From assembly GCA_030390025.1 (NCBI GenBank), contig CM059432.1:11098001-11162000 (forward strand): a stretch of 64,000 bases of DNA. The letters run 5' to 3'. Below, in pieces: positions 11,490 through 23,415 of the stretch. The position numbers and the translations under genes are program-made. The DNA comes from Squalus acanthias. Taxonomy: Eukaryota. The notes under the pieces were generated by a model that did no database searches, was not told where the DNA came from, and saw only the letters and a list, made by a program, of their open reading frames with translations. Numbering within the stretch: position 1 is the first letter of the stretch; each line of letters opens with the position of its first letter.

Positions 11490-12767
11490 CTAGCACCATA
11501 GAGTGCAGAGAGGGCGAGTGAGTCACCAGATTCTGCAGTTGCCATCTGTGACTGACTTCTAGGAGATGCATGGAAGCATCCCAAAATACTTCTGTGAATG
11601 TTACTTTCCATCCCCCACAGCATCCATTCAACACCTCTCCATAATGGCGTGACTGAGAAATTTTAATTCACCACCTGGGGATTAACAGTGCAAACTCACA
11701 ACCTTTTAATCCACAACACAGCGTGTTGGTTCCTCCCTTCAATTTCTACATTGTACAGGACACAACACACCACTGAAAAGCACCACGCCGTCTAAGGTCT
11801 GTATTGTTGAGTTTGCCAAGTCTATCAATTAAACAAACCTAAACCTTTCGAATACCAAAATTGCATTCTGTATTAGTACGTTTAGCATGCTGGGCCTTGT
11901 TGCATTCTTCTGCGGGAATATCAATAAAAAGTAGAGTTTCGGATGCGTAACGAGCTCCCCTGGTGTGAGCTCCATGCTACCTTTGTTTCCAAATTAATTT
12001 TAAAGCAGAAAGCACCTACCAATATGATCGATGGTAATTATTATCCATGAGAGCATCTTCACTGAACCCTGTCCGTTTCTGTAGCGCCTGGCACTGAGTA
12101 AGAGGAGCTGCTGAGTGACATAGGGTAAGGGAATCCCCTTGTCACATGTTTGAAGTCAATGGAAAGGAAAGTTGGGAGAGGCGGATAATGGGCCGTCGCT
12201 CCGTTATTGTCCATTTTACACTTATCGCCAAAAGTTAAAATGACCCCCTCTGAGTGGGTGAAAATATATCAGTGTTATGGCCAAATGAACCCCTTCACTC
12301 CCCCCCACCCATCACATAGCGTCTTGTCTTTAGGAGGACAGGATTCCCTGCAATCAGCACTTTATTTTCCCTGTCATTTTGTTTTTTTGCGAGTTTTTAC
12401 CCCTTATCTCTTGAGACTGGCTCTTCACTGGGAGTTTCCTTCTGGTACCTTGCCCAAGTTGCAATCCAGATAGTGAGAGCCAGGAGAGAAGGAGGGTAAA
12501 AATCACAGGACAATTCGCCTTGGGTTCTTCTGTGCTACAAACAAATTCAAGAACAGCATGACTGGCAGAAGGTCCTAAGATCACAAGATAATTAGGAATG
12601 AGGAAGTCCATCTTAGTTCATCTATCAAGGAAGACCCATTTATCCAATTGTCTCTCCTCCAGTACTCTATCTGAAAGTCCATTCCATATATTGATCACTT
12701 GGTGAAGAAGAACCAAATTAATCCCAAATTTGCCTTTTAATAGTTCTACTCCTGCAATTTAATTAGA

Positions 12768-14010
12768 TCATAAGAACTAGGAGCAGGTGTAGGTCATTCG
12801 GCCCTTCGAGCCTGCTCCGCCATTCAATGAGATCATGGCTGATCTTCTGCCTCAACTCCATTCACCAGCCCTATCGCCATATCCCTTGATGCCCTTACTA
12901 GTCAGAAATCTATCGACTTCTGTTTTGAATATACCCAATGACTGAGCCTCCACAGCCCTCTGGGGTAGAGAATTCCAAAGATTCACCACCCTCTGTGTGA
13001 AGAAATTTCTTCTCATCTCAGTCCTGAATGGCCTACCCTTTATCTTGAGGCTGTGGCCCCTGGTTCTAGACTCCCCAGCCAAGGGAAACATTCTCCCAGC
13101 ATCCATCCTATCAAGCCTTGTAATAATTTTGTATGCTTCAATGAGATCCTCTCTCATTCTTCTGAATTCAAGAGAATACAGGCCTAGTTTACTCAATCTC
13201 TTCTCATACGACAGTCCCGCCATGCCAGGAATCAATCTTGTGAACCTTCATCGCACTCCCTCTGTGGCAAGTATATCCTTCCTTAGGTAAGGAGACCAAA
13301 ATTGTACACAGTACTCCAGGTGTGGTCTCACCAAGGCCCTATATAATTGGAGTAAGACTTCTTTACTCCTGTACTCAAATCCTCTTGTAATGAAGGCCAG
13401 CATACCATTTGCCTTCCTAATGGCTTGTTGCACCTGCACATTCACTTTCAGTGACTCATGTACAAGGACACCCAGGTCCCTTTGAGCATCTGCATTCCCC
13501 AATCTTTCACCATTTAGGAAATACTCTGCCTTTCTGTTTTTTCTACTAAAGTGGATAACTTCACATTTATCCACATTATATTCCATCTGCCATTTCTCGC
13601 CCACTCATTGAGCCTGTCGAGATCCCCTTGAAGCCTCTTCACATCCTCTTCACAACTGACACTGCCACCTAGCTTTGTATCATCAGTAAATTTGGAAATG
13701 TTACATTTAGTCCCCTCATCTAAATCATTGATATAGATTGTGAATAGCTAGGGCCCAAGCACCGATCCTTGCGGTACCCCACTAGTCACAGCCTGCCATC
13801 CTGAAAAAGACCCGTTTATCCCTACTCTTTGTTTTCTGTCTGTTAACCAATTCTCAATCCATGCTAATATATTACCCCCAATTCCATGTGCCCTAATTTT
13901 GTTCACCAACCTCTGTGTGGGACCTTATCAAAGGCCTTCTGAAAATCCAGATACACTACATCTATCGGTTCCCCTTTGTCTACTCCACTAGTTACATCCT
14001 CAAAGAACTT
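12768..14010 (-). mobile_element. CR1 LINE, 5'-truncated RT and 3'UTR
   Basis: ORFs 13248-13604 and 12852-13235 ([22 protein letters not shown]); CR1 tail. Confidence 0.9.
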
Positions 14011-14049
14011 TAAAGTAATTTTGCAGATTTATTTTTTCTATACTATTTA

Positions 14050-15150
14050 CGATATTATGTACACCTATAAGATCACCTCTTTTCAAGGCTGAAATGCCCA
14101 AGTTTCTCCAATGGTTCCTCATAGTCATTCCTCATAATTCAGCCCCAGAGGGCTGTGGATGCTGAGTCTTTGAGTATATTCAAGGCTGAGATAGATAGAT
14201 TTTTGGACTCAAGGGATATGGAGATCGGGCAGGAAAGTGGAGTTGAGGTGGATGATCAACCATGATCTTATTGAATGGCGGAGCAGGCTCGAGGGGCCGC
14301 ATGGTCTACTCCTGCTCCTATTTCTTATGTTCTAACACTAGGGTTCAGCCTCATGGCTCTTAACTGCACAGCCTTGCTCTACTTGAACAACTAGCCTGTG
14401 TCTCGGTGGCCAGAACCAGATACTGTACTCAAGGTATGGTTTGGTCAAAACACTATACAGTATGAGTATGACTTCCTTTGACTTGTACAGTACTGTGTAG
14501 GCTATATTTTTTTTGGTTTTGTTGATTGTTGCTCTGCACTGGTTGGAGATGTTGAGTGTCAAGTCCACTAACGCTCTGAGATTCATAGAATCATAGGATA
14601 GTACAGCACGGAAGGAGGCCATTCAGCCCATCGAGTCTGCGCCAGCTCTTTCGAAGAGCAATCCAAGTTAGTCCCACTCCCCTGTTCTTTGCCCATACTC
14701 CTGCAATTTTTTTCTCCTTCAAGTATTTATCCTATTCCCTTTTGAAGGCTTCTATTGAATCTGTATCCACCACCTTTTAAACTTTATCTTTAGCTATTAT
14801 AACATGGAGTATGTATGTTGCCAGTTTTTCCTTCCTATTTGCAATATCTTATACTTGTCCACATTAAATTTCATCTGTCATTGCTCTACTCTTATATATT
14901 TTGTCCGAAATCATTGTGTAATTTCTGAATCACCTTCTTTCAATCCACCGCCCTTCCTAGTTTGGTCTCATCAGAAAACTTGACTTGCTTTGAGTCTCTA
15001 AATCCAAATCTCTGATGTATATTAAAACAGTAGTGGCCCCAACACCAAGGACAAAGGCACGCCACTCAGTACTTTCCCACCCTGGCTTACCTTCCTCTAA
15101 CTAGTACCTATTGTTTTCTCTGTGCTTCAGACAACTTCTTACCCATTTCA
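14050..15150 (-). mobile_element. Old CR1 fragment interrupted by two younger CR1 3' ends (14140-14333 +, 14580-14776 -)
   Basis: ORF 14338-14622 (LYSVLTKPYLEYSIWFW); CR1 3'UTR motifs in both inserts. Confidence 0.65.
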
Positions 15151-15184
15151 AAGAATTACCCCGAATCCCACAACTTTGAGCTTA

Positions 15185-15292
15185 GCTTTCCTACATTACA
15201 ACAGTGACTACACTTCAAAAGCACTTCATTGGCTGTAAAGCTCTTTGGGACATCCTGAGGTCGTGAAAAGCGCAATATAAATGCAGGTCTTT
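15185..15292 (+). mobile_element. Deu-SINE tail fragment
   Basis: tttcctacattacaacagtgactacacttcaaaag...aaatgcagg. Confidence 0.75.
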
Positions 15293-15369
15293 CCATGTGG
15301 AAACTTGTGCTTTTTCCCCACAGTCCACTTGGGGTTATCAACAAGTTAAGAAGGTTGTTTTTTTCCCCC

Positions 15370-15530
15370 CTTTATCCGTTCATGGGATGTGGGCGTCGCT
15401 GGCAAGGCCAGCATTTATTGCCCATCCCTAATTGCCCTTGAGAAGGTGGTGGTGAGCTGCCTTCTTGAACCGCTGCAGTCCGTGTGGTGTTTTCCTAGCG
15501 GTTTGATACTGAGTGGCTTGTTCGGCCATT
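15370..15530 (-). mobile_element. 5'-truncated short derivative of LINE family B (end of head joined to LINE tail)
   Basis: The family tail is joined directly to ctgagtggcttg..ggccatt, which matches 26964-26985 at the 5' end of the long copy. Confidence 0.65.
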
Positions 15531-16727
15531 CTTCTGAATTCCTGGCACTAAGTGTATATTGTCTGTCTGCCTGGCTTTGTGTGGTACAGGGAGTCTACGA
15601 ACAAAGAGTAAAAGAAAACTTACGAAATAAATAAATGCATTTTTAATTATGTGTTTCGACACAGTGAAATAAATCAATTTTGAAAATGTTTTCTGTTCTC
15701 TTTAAAACAATATGATTTGATTTGATTACATGACAGTGTGTAAACTTGACAAACATTTGACAGAGGTTTAACAAGGTACTTTTAAAATATGATTGTAAAT
15801 AGCATGTATTAACAACATATTAGGGGGTAGGATTTTCAAAGTAAATTAATGGACTAGAGCAGGATTCCATCCCATCTCAAATGTATCTCAAACATTACAC
15901 GATTATCATTATAGTTGGGTGGTGGGGCGGAACTGAGCGTTGTAGCGGAAAGGTTTTGCACCATGGAGAAAGGCACAACCCCAATTTCAATCTCCGCTCC
16001 ACTCATCTACACTCCACTAAGTGGGAAAATGCTGAGCAGATGGGAAATGTGAAGATCAGAAGGGAGAGTCCCCAAGACCTCCTAGCAGGAGGCAACAGGT
16101 AGACTTTACAGAGATCTGCGAGCAGTCAAGTTGCCTGCCTTTTCAAGCCTAGGCAGACCAAAAGGTGGGCAATAAATCATCAGAAGAAAAATGAAAATGA
16201 GGGGAAAAAAGGCATAACTAATGCGTCTATTTATTATGGTCATTCACGCCAATTACTGCATATTCTCAATATGAGTTACCTTCTAAAACTATTGTCCTCT
16301 ATTTTCTGAACCGGAAACAAAGCTGAAATTCAGTGGCAGTCTTGCGTTTGCCATTATTTCATGTGTGTGTGTGAACTTTGTTGTTTTGTTCCTGAAGGTT
16401 TGGCAGGTTCCCATATTATTCGAGAAGTACGCAGACAGGATCAGCATAACAATGAGCCGCAAGAATCAAGAATCTTTACTTATAAGATTTTATTTAGCTA
16501 AAAATAACATTCAGAAAAATAAAAGCAACTGCAGAAATTTGCAATTGTCAAATGCTGCTATGATTTTAGGTAAGTGGTTCAGACTTGAGTGAAGTGATGC
16601 ACAACTGGTTTAACCATCCATCACTAGATCTGGCTGGACCACATCTAGCGCTACCTACCCTCACTCTCCTCTGCCGAAACCGCTACTATGCCAAGATCAT
16701 CCCGGAGAGCAAAGATAACCCTCAGCT

Positions 16728-17832
16728 ACAAAAAGCAAAATACTGCGGATGCTGGAAATCTGAAGTAATAACAGAAAATGCTGGAAATACTCAGCAGGTC
16801 AGGCAGCATCTGTGGAGAGAGAGAAACAGAGTTAACGGGCTGAATTTTGATACTGGGGCGGGTTGGGGTCGTGTTATCCACTTTTCGTGTTATCCACCCG
16901 ACTGCAATTGGATGTGGGAGATTGATGCAATTTTCACCTAATTGGGCAATTGAGTTCCAGCATGTGGGAACCCATGAACCAATTAGTGTTTTCAGTCTGA
17001 AAGTCGTCTCTGATGATGTCATCATTGCTGCTGCATTGAAGGTCTTCAGAGACTGCCTGGCCTTTGTTGTGAGAGGACCTGGATGCAAAATGAGCAGCAG
17101 CACTAAGTCTGCACCCAGATATTTTTACACCACCACTGAGATATATATATATATATATCCAGCTCCAGCCAAATGTACTCCAGCCAGCCATCCAAATCTG
17201 CTCCCGCCAGGTTTCACAATTGTGATTCAGAACAGGCGTGCTTCACGTAGAACAAGGGTTAAAATCAAAAAGGCCTTTCAAAATGGCATTATAGAGCCAA
17301 TTTAGTGCTTGTTAAGGGCCTTAACAGCCTATCCCGTCTCTTAAAGGCGGGACGCAGTCGGGACTAGCAGACACGATTTCATGAAAATTGCGTGGAGGCG
17401 GGATGGAGGCGGACTTGTGTCTGCCCGCCAGTTTTCGCAATTTTAACCCCCCACACGCCTCCAAACCCGCCTCCACGGGTCAATGAAAATCCAGCCCAAT
17501 GTTTCAGGTCGATGACCCTTCATGGCCACATTGGGAAACAGTTAGCCAAGGCAGTTTTGAGATAAGGAATGGAACAATGGAAGGACAGGATGGTAACAAG
17601 TTGGCATCTGTTGTTTTGAAGGAAATACATCCTTTCTGGGGGGTCTTGTTCACAATAACACTTGTCATGCCATAATGAATCAGCAATGACAGTATTTTGT
17701 GAGAAACAGACTGTAAAGATCTCAAAGTGTTCTCACGAAAGCTCATCGACCTGAAACGTTAACTCTGTTTCTCTCTCCACAGATGCTGCCTGACCTGCTG
17801 AGTATTTCCAGCATTTTCTGTTTTTATTTCAG
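16728..17832. mobile_element. Penelope-type insertion carrying an inverted copy of 7278-7595
   Basis: 15-bp TSD agataaccctcagct at 16713-16727 and 17831-17845; inverted pLTR ends; 17519-17834 is the reverse complement of 7595-7278. Confidence 0.85.
16837..17497. mobile_element. PIF/Harbinger-type MITE inserted in a Penelope pLTR
   Basis: TIR gggctgaatttt / aaaatccagccc; 3-bp TSD aac/aat; pLTR reads through (gttaac|gtttcaggtc). Confidence 0.8.
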
Positions 17833-18734
17833 ATAACCCTCAGCTTCTTTACTCCACTACAGCTCCTTGAAGCCCTCATCTTGTCCATGAAACCCACATC
17901 TTGCTCCCTTGACCCCATTCCTACTAAAGTGCTGATCAGTCAATTTCCTTTCCTGGCCTCCCATGCTAGCTGACATGGTAAATTGTTTCCCTCTCCACAG
18001 TTACTGCGCCCCTCCTCAAAAGAACCATCCTGGACCCCAGTCCTGATTCCAAATCAACCTCCCCTTCCTCTCCAAAGTCCCTGAATGTGTTGTTGCCTCC
18101 CAAAGCTGCACCCATCTTTCCCACAATTCTGTTGGAATCTCTCCAATCATGTTTCCACACCACAGCATCAAAACAGCCCTAATCAAAGTCACAAAGGACA
18201 CCCTGTGTGACTATGGTGCATTTTCCTTCCTTGTCCTTCTTGACCTCTCTGAAGCCTTTGTCACAGTCAACACCCCTCCAATGCCTCTCCTCTGTCGTCC
18301 ATTTTAGAGGGACTGCCCTCGCTTGATTCTACTATGACCTTTTCAATTATAGCCAGAGCACCTCCACCAATGGCTTCTCTCCCTGACTCCCGCACCGTTA
18401 CCTCTGGAGTCTCCTAACGATCCATCCTTGGCTCTCTCCTCTTCTTCCTCAACAGGCTACCCCTTGACAACATCATCTGAAGACATGAGGGGAATTTCAA
18501 CATTGAAGAGCGTGTGGGTTTAGGTGCGGGTTGGGGGGGTTAAATTCGCCGAAAATGTCAGCGCACCTAGAAGCCGGCTCCAACCCGCCAACTTCTGGGT
18601 TTCACTGGGACGCGTTGGGCAGATTGCCGGTAACCCCCCTCAGGAGAGGTGGGTTACTAATTTGAATTTGCAAATCGCTCCATTGTCCTTTAAAATTTAA
18701 TGCCACATGCACGGGTTTCCCGGGCTTCCTGAAA

Positions 18735-18996
18735 CTCGAGAAGAGCAATGCCTCCGGAATCTGAGGTTGTCTTGTCAGGTGATGGCTGATACCTGCAGCC
18801 TCCGAGAAGAAGACCTGCTCCCTGCTGGACCTAGTGGCCACACATTACCACTGGTTTTTAAAGTCACCGCCGCCCTCCACATTTTTGCCTCCAGATCCTT
18901 CCAGGGTGCTGCAGGAGCCTTATCTAGGATCTCCCAGTCATCTGCACGCAAATGCAGAAGGCAGGTCATGGATGAGATGTTTGCCAGGGCTCGCAG
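18735..18996 (+). pseudogene. Harbinger (HARBI1-like) transposase, N-terminal remnant
   Basis: EEQCLRNLRLS...KVTAALHIFASRSFQ...ISQSSARKCRRQV. Confidence 0.8.
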
Positions 18997-19668
18997 TTTT
19001 TATTTATATTCGTTCATGGGATGTGGGCGTCGCTGGCAAGGCCAGCATTTATTGCCCATCCCTAGTTGCCCTTGAGAAGGTGGTGGTGAGCCGCCTTCCT
19101 GAACCGCTGCAGTCCATGTGGTGAAGGTACTCCCACAGTGCTGTTAGGTAGGGAATTCCAGGATTTTGACCCAGCGACGATGAAGGAACAGCCATATATT
19201 TCCAAGTCAGGATGGTGTGTGACTTGGAGGGGAACTTGGAGGTGGTGGTGTTCCCATGTGCCTGCTGCCCTTGTCCTTCTAGGTGGTAGAGGTCGTAGGT
19301 TTGGAAGGTGCTGCCGAAGAAGCCTTGGTGAGTTGCTGCAGTGCATCTTGTAGATGGTATACACTGCAGCCATGGTACGTCGATGGTGGAGGGAGTGAAT
19401 GTTTAAGGTGGTGGATGGGGTGCCAATCAAGTGGGCTGCTTTGTCCTGGATGGTCATAGAGTCATACAGCACAGAAAGAGGCCCTTCGGCCCATCGTGTC
19501 CGCGCCGGCCATCAAGCCCTGTCTATTCTAATCCCATTTTCCAGCACTTGGTCCGTAGCCTTGTATGCTATGGCGTTTCAAGTGCTCATCTAAATGCTTC
19601 TTGAATGTTGTGAGGGTTCCTGCCTCTACCACCCTTTCAGGCAGTGAGTTCCAGATTCCAACCACCCT

Positions 19669-20673
19669 CTAGGTGAAAAAGTTTTTCCTCAAATCCCCTC
19701 TAAACCTCCTGCCCCTTACCTTGAAACTGTGCCCCCTGGTTATTGACCCCTCTACTAAGGGGAAAAGTTCCTTTCTATCTACCCTATCTATGCCCCTCAT
19801 AATTTTGTACACCTCAATCAGGTCCCCCCTCAGCCTTCTCAGCTCGAAGGAAAACAACCCCAGCCTGTCCAGTCTCTCTTCATAGCTGAAGCGCTGCAGC
19901 CCAGGTAACATCCTGGTGAATCTCCTCTGCACCCTCTCCAATGCAATCACATCCTTCCTATAGTGTGGCGACCAGAACTGCACACAGTATTCCAGCTGTG
20001 GCCTAACTAACGTTTTGTACAGCTCCATCATAACCTCCCTGCTCTTATATTCCATGCCTCGGCTAATGAAGCCAAGTATCCCATATGCCTTTTTAACCAC
20101 CTTATCTACCTGTCCTGCTGCCTTCAGGGATCTATGTACATGCATGCCAAGGTCCCTCTGATCCTCTTTCCTTCCTAGGGTCCTACCATTCATTGTGTAT
20201 TCCCTTGCCTTGTTAGTCCTCCCAAAATGCATCACCTCACACTTTTCAGGGTTAAATTCCATTTGCCACTGTTCTGCCCATCTGACCAACCCGTCTATAT
20301 CGTCCTGTAGCCTGAGGCTTCCCTCCTCGCTATTTACCACCCCACCAATTTTCGTGTCATCTGCAAACTTACTGCTCATACCTCCTACATTCATATCTAA
20401 ATCATTAATGTACACTACAAACAGCAAAGGACCCAGCACCGATCCCTGCGGTACACCACTGGACACAGGCTTCCAGTCACAAAAACAACCTTCGACCATC
20501 ACCCTCTGCCTCCTGCCACTAAGCCAATTTTGGATCCAATGTGCCAAGTTGCCCTGGATCCCATGGGCTTTTATCTTCTTGACCAGTCTCCCATGCGGGA
20601 CTTTGTCAAAAGCCTTACTGAAGTCCATGTAGACTACATCAACTGCACTACCCTCATCCACACACCTAGTCAC
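19669..20673 (-). CDS. CR1 ORF2 reverse transcriptase, C-terminal part (after frameshift; premature TAG at 19669)
   Basis: [26 protein letters not shown] motifs. Confidence 0.9.
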   Translation of the reverse strand: MTRCVDEGSAVDVVYMDFSKAFDKVPHGRLVKKIKAHGIQGNLAHWIQNWLSGRRQRVMVEGCFCDWKPVSSGVPQGSVLGPLLFVVYINDLDMNVGGMSSKFADDTKIGGVVNSEEGSLRLQDDIDGLVRWAEQWQMEFNPEKCEVMHFGRTNKAREYTMNGRTLGRKEDQRDLGMHVHRSLKAAGQVDKVVKKAYGILGFISRGMEYKSREVMMELYKTLVRPQLEYCVQFWSPHYRKDVIALERVQRRFTRMLPGLQRFSYEERLDRLGLFSFELRRLRGDLIEVYKIMRGIDRVDRKELFPLVEGSITRGHSFKVRGRRFRGDLRKNFFT

Positions 20674-20679
20674 CCCCTC

Positions 20680-23415
20680 TCAAAATTCAATCAAATTGGT
20701 CAGACATGATCTCCCCCTGACAAAGCCATGCTGACTATCCTTGATTAATCCTTGCCTCTCCAAGTGGAGACTAATTCTGTCCCTCAGAATTTTTTCCAAT
20801 AATTTCCCTACCACTGATGTTAGGCTCACTGGCCTGTAATTCCCTGGTTTATCCCTACTACCCTTCTTGAATAATGGTACTACGTTAGCTGTTCTCCAGT
20901 CCTCTGGCACCTCCCCTGTGGCCAGAGAGGTTCTGAAAATTTGTGTCAGAGCCCCTGCAATCTCCTCACTTGCCTCACACAGCAGCCTGGGATACATCTC
21001 GTCTGGGCCTGGGGATTTATCCACTTTTAAGCCTGCTAAAACCGCTAGTACCTCCTCCCTCTCAATACTAATTTGTTCAAGTATATCACAATCCCCCTGC
21101 CTGATTTCTATGCCTACATTGTCCTTCTCCAAAGTGAACATAGATGCAAAATATTCATTTAAAACCCCACCTACATATTCTGGCTCTACACACAGATTGC
21201 CACTTTGGTCCCTAATGGGCCTTACTCTTTCCCTGGTTATCCTCTTGCCCTTAATATACTTATAAAACACCTTGGGATTTTCCTTTATTTTGCCTGCCAG
21301 TGTTTTTTCATGCCCCCTCTTCGCTCTCCTAATTTCTTTTTTAAGTACCCCCCTGCACTTTCTATACTCCTCTAGGGCTTCCACTGTTTTTAGTCCTTTG
21401 TATCTGCCAAAAGCCTCCCTTTTTTTCCTAATCCATTCTCGTATATCCCTTGACATCCAGGGTTCCCTGGACTTGTTGGTCCCACCCTTGACCTTTACGG
21501 AAACATGTTGCTGTTGTACTCTCTCTATTTCCTTTCTGAAAGACTCCCACTGCTCTGATTTGAAGTTTCCTACAAGTAGCTGATCCCAGTCCACTTTGGC
21601 CAGATCCTGCCTTATCATATTAAAATCGGCCTTCCCCCAATTTAGAACCTTTATCTCCGGTCCATCTTTGTCCTTTTCCATGACTACCTTAAATCTCATC
21701 GAATTATGGTCACTGTCACCAAAATGCTCTCCTACTAACACTTCTACCACTTGCCCGGCTACATTCCCTAGAATTAGGTCCAGTACCGCCCCCTCTCTTG
21801 TAGGACTTTCGACATGCTGGCTCAAAAAGCTCTCCTGGATGCACTTTAAGAATTCCGCACCCTCTAAGCCTTTCACACTCTGACTATCCCAGTTAATACT
21901 GGGGAAGTTGAAATCCCCTACTATTATTACCCTATTATTTCTACACTTCTCTGAGATTTGCCTACATATCTGTTCCTCTATCTCCCCCTGACTGTTTGGG
22001 GGCCTATAGTACACTCCCAGCAAAGTGCTTGCCCCCTTTTTGTTTTTAAGTTCTACCCATATGGCCTCATTAGAGGAACCTGCTAAGATATCATCCCTCC
22101 TTACAGCAGTAATTGACTCCTTGATTAATATTGCGACACCCCCTCCTCTTTTACACCCCCCTCTGTCTCGCCTGAAGATTCTATACCCCGGAATATTGAG
22201 CTGCCAGTCCTGCCCCTCCCTCAACCATGTCTCTGTGATAGCAACAATATCATACTCCCAAGTGTTCATCAACACCTTCAATTCATCTGCCTTACTCGTA
22301 AGACTCCTTGCATTAAAATAAATGCCATCCAGCCTTGCCATACTCCCTTGTGTCGTTACATATTTGCTCTGCCTTCCAGGCTGACTTGTTTTTTCCTCTA
22401 TATTTGGCTGTGCATCACCCCCTACTATAGCTCCACTCCGTATCCCATCCCCCTGCCAAGTTAGTTTAAACCCCCCCCCCCCAACAGTACTAGCAAACCT
22501 CCCCACAAGGATGTTGGTCCCGTTCCGGTTCAGGTGCAACCCGTCCGACTTGTACAGGTCCCACCTTCCCCAGAAGCAGACCCAGTGATCCAGGAAACTA
22601 AAGCCCTCCCTCCTGCACCAACTCTTTAGCCACGCATTTATCTGCTCTATCCTCCTATTCCTATACTCACTAGCACATGGCACCGGGAGTAATCCAGAGA
22701 TTAAAACCTTTGAGGTCCTGCTTTTTAATCTGCTACCGAGCTCCCTAAATTCTTGTTGCAGGACCTCATCCCTCTTTCTACCCACGTCATTGGTACCAAT
22801 GTGAACCACAACCTCTGACTGTTCGCCCTCCCCCTTCAGAATGCCCTGCAGCCGTTCAGTGACATCCTTGACCCTGGCACCAGGGAGGCAACATACCATC
22901 CTGGAGTCACGTCTGCGGCCACAGACACGTCTATCTGTTCCGCTTACGATAGAATCCCCTATCACTATTGCTCTCCCACTCTTTTTCCTCCCCTCCTGTG
23001 CAGCTGAGCCAGTCATAGTGCCACGGACTTGGCTCTTGCTGCATTCCCCTGAGAAACCCTCTCCCCAATCAGTATCCAAAACGGAAAATCTGTCGGAGAG
23101 GGAGATGGACCCAGGGTACTTCTGCACTACCTTCCTAGTTCTGTTACTCTGTCTGGTGGTCACCCATTCCCTGTCTGCCTGTGCACTCTTTACCTGTGGT
23201 GTGACCACCTTGTTAAACGTGCTATCCACGAAGATCTCAGCTTCGCGGATGCTCCACAGTGACTCCAGCCGCAGCTCCAGCTCCGAAACGCGGATTTCGA
23301 GTAGCTGCAGCTGGAGACACTTCCTGCACATGTGTTCGCCCTGGACACCTAAAGTGTCCCTGACTTCCAACATAGCACAGGAGGAGCACTCCACGCTGCC
23401 GAGCTGCCCTGCCAT
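20680..23415 (-). CDS. CR1 ORF1 (zinc finger plus SGNH esterase) fused in frame to ORF2 APE endonuclease and RT N-terminus
   Basis: CxxC...CxxC, GDSIV, HIGTND, DGLHLN; then NARSL, ETW, GDFN, SDHN, NYRPVSL. Confidence 0.9.
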   Translation of the reverse strand: MAGQLGSVECSSCAMLEVRDTLGVQGEHMCRKCLQLQLLEIRVSELELRLESLWSIREAEIFVDSTFNKVVTPQVKSAQADREWVTTRQSNRTRKVVQKYPGSISLSDRFSVLDTDWGEGFSGECSKSQVRGTMTGSAAQEGRKKSGRAIVIGDSIVSGTDRRVCGRRRDSRMVCCLPGARVKDVTERLQGILKGEGEQSEVVVHIGTNDVGRKRDEVLQQEFRELGSRLKSRTSKVLISGLLPVPCASEYRNRRIEQINAWLKSWCRREGFSFLDHWVCFWGRWDLYKSDGLHLNRNGTNILVGRFASTVGGGGFKLTWQGDGIRSGAIVGGDAQPNIEEKTSQPGRQSKYVTTQGSMARLDGIYFNARSLTSKADELKVLMNTWEYDIVAITETWLREGQDWQLNIPGYRIFRRDRGGCKRGGGVAILIKESITAVRRDDILAGSSNEAIWVELKNKKGASTLLGVYYRPPNSQGEIEEQICRQISEKCRNNRVIIVGDFNFPSINWDSQSVKGLEGAEFLKCIQESFLSQHVESPTREGAVLDLILGNVAGQVVEVLVGEHFGDSDHNSMRFKVVMEKDKDGPEIKVLNWGKADFNMIRQDLAKVDWDQLLVGNFKSEQWESFRKEIERVQQQHVSVKVKGGTNKSREPWMSRDIREWIRKKREAFGRYKGLKTVEALEEYRKCRGVLKKEIRRAKRGHEKTLAGKIKENPKVFYKYIKGKRITRERVRPIRDQSGNLCVEPEYVGGVLNEYFASMFTLEKDNVGIEIRQGDCDILEQISIEREEVLAVLAGLKVDKSPGPDEMYPRLLCEASEEIAGALTQIFRTSLATGEVPEDWRTANVVPLFKKGSRDKPGNYRPVSLTSVVGKLLEKILRDRISLHLERQGLIKDSQHGFVRGRSCLTNLIEF

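Noticed and set aside
16397..16575. Possible exon ending at AG|GTAAGT
   Set aside because: No recognisable protein and no partner exons; cannot be supported without RNA data
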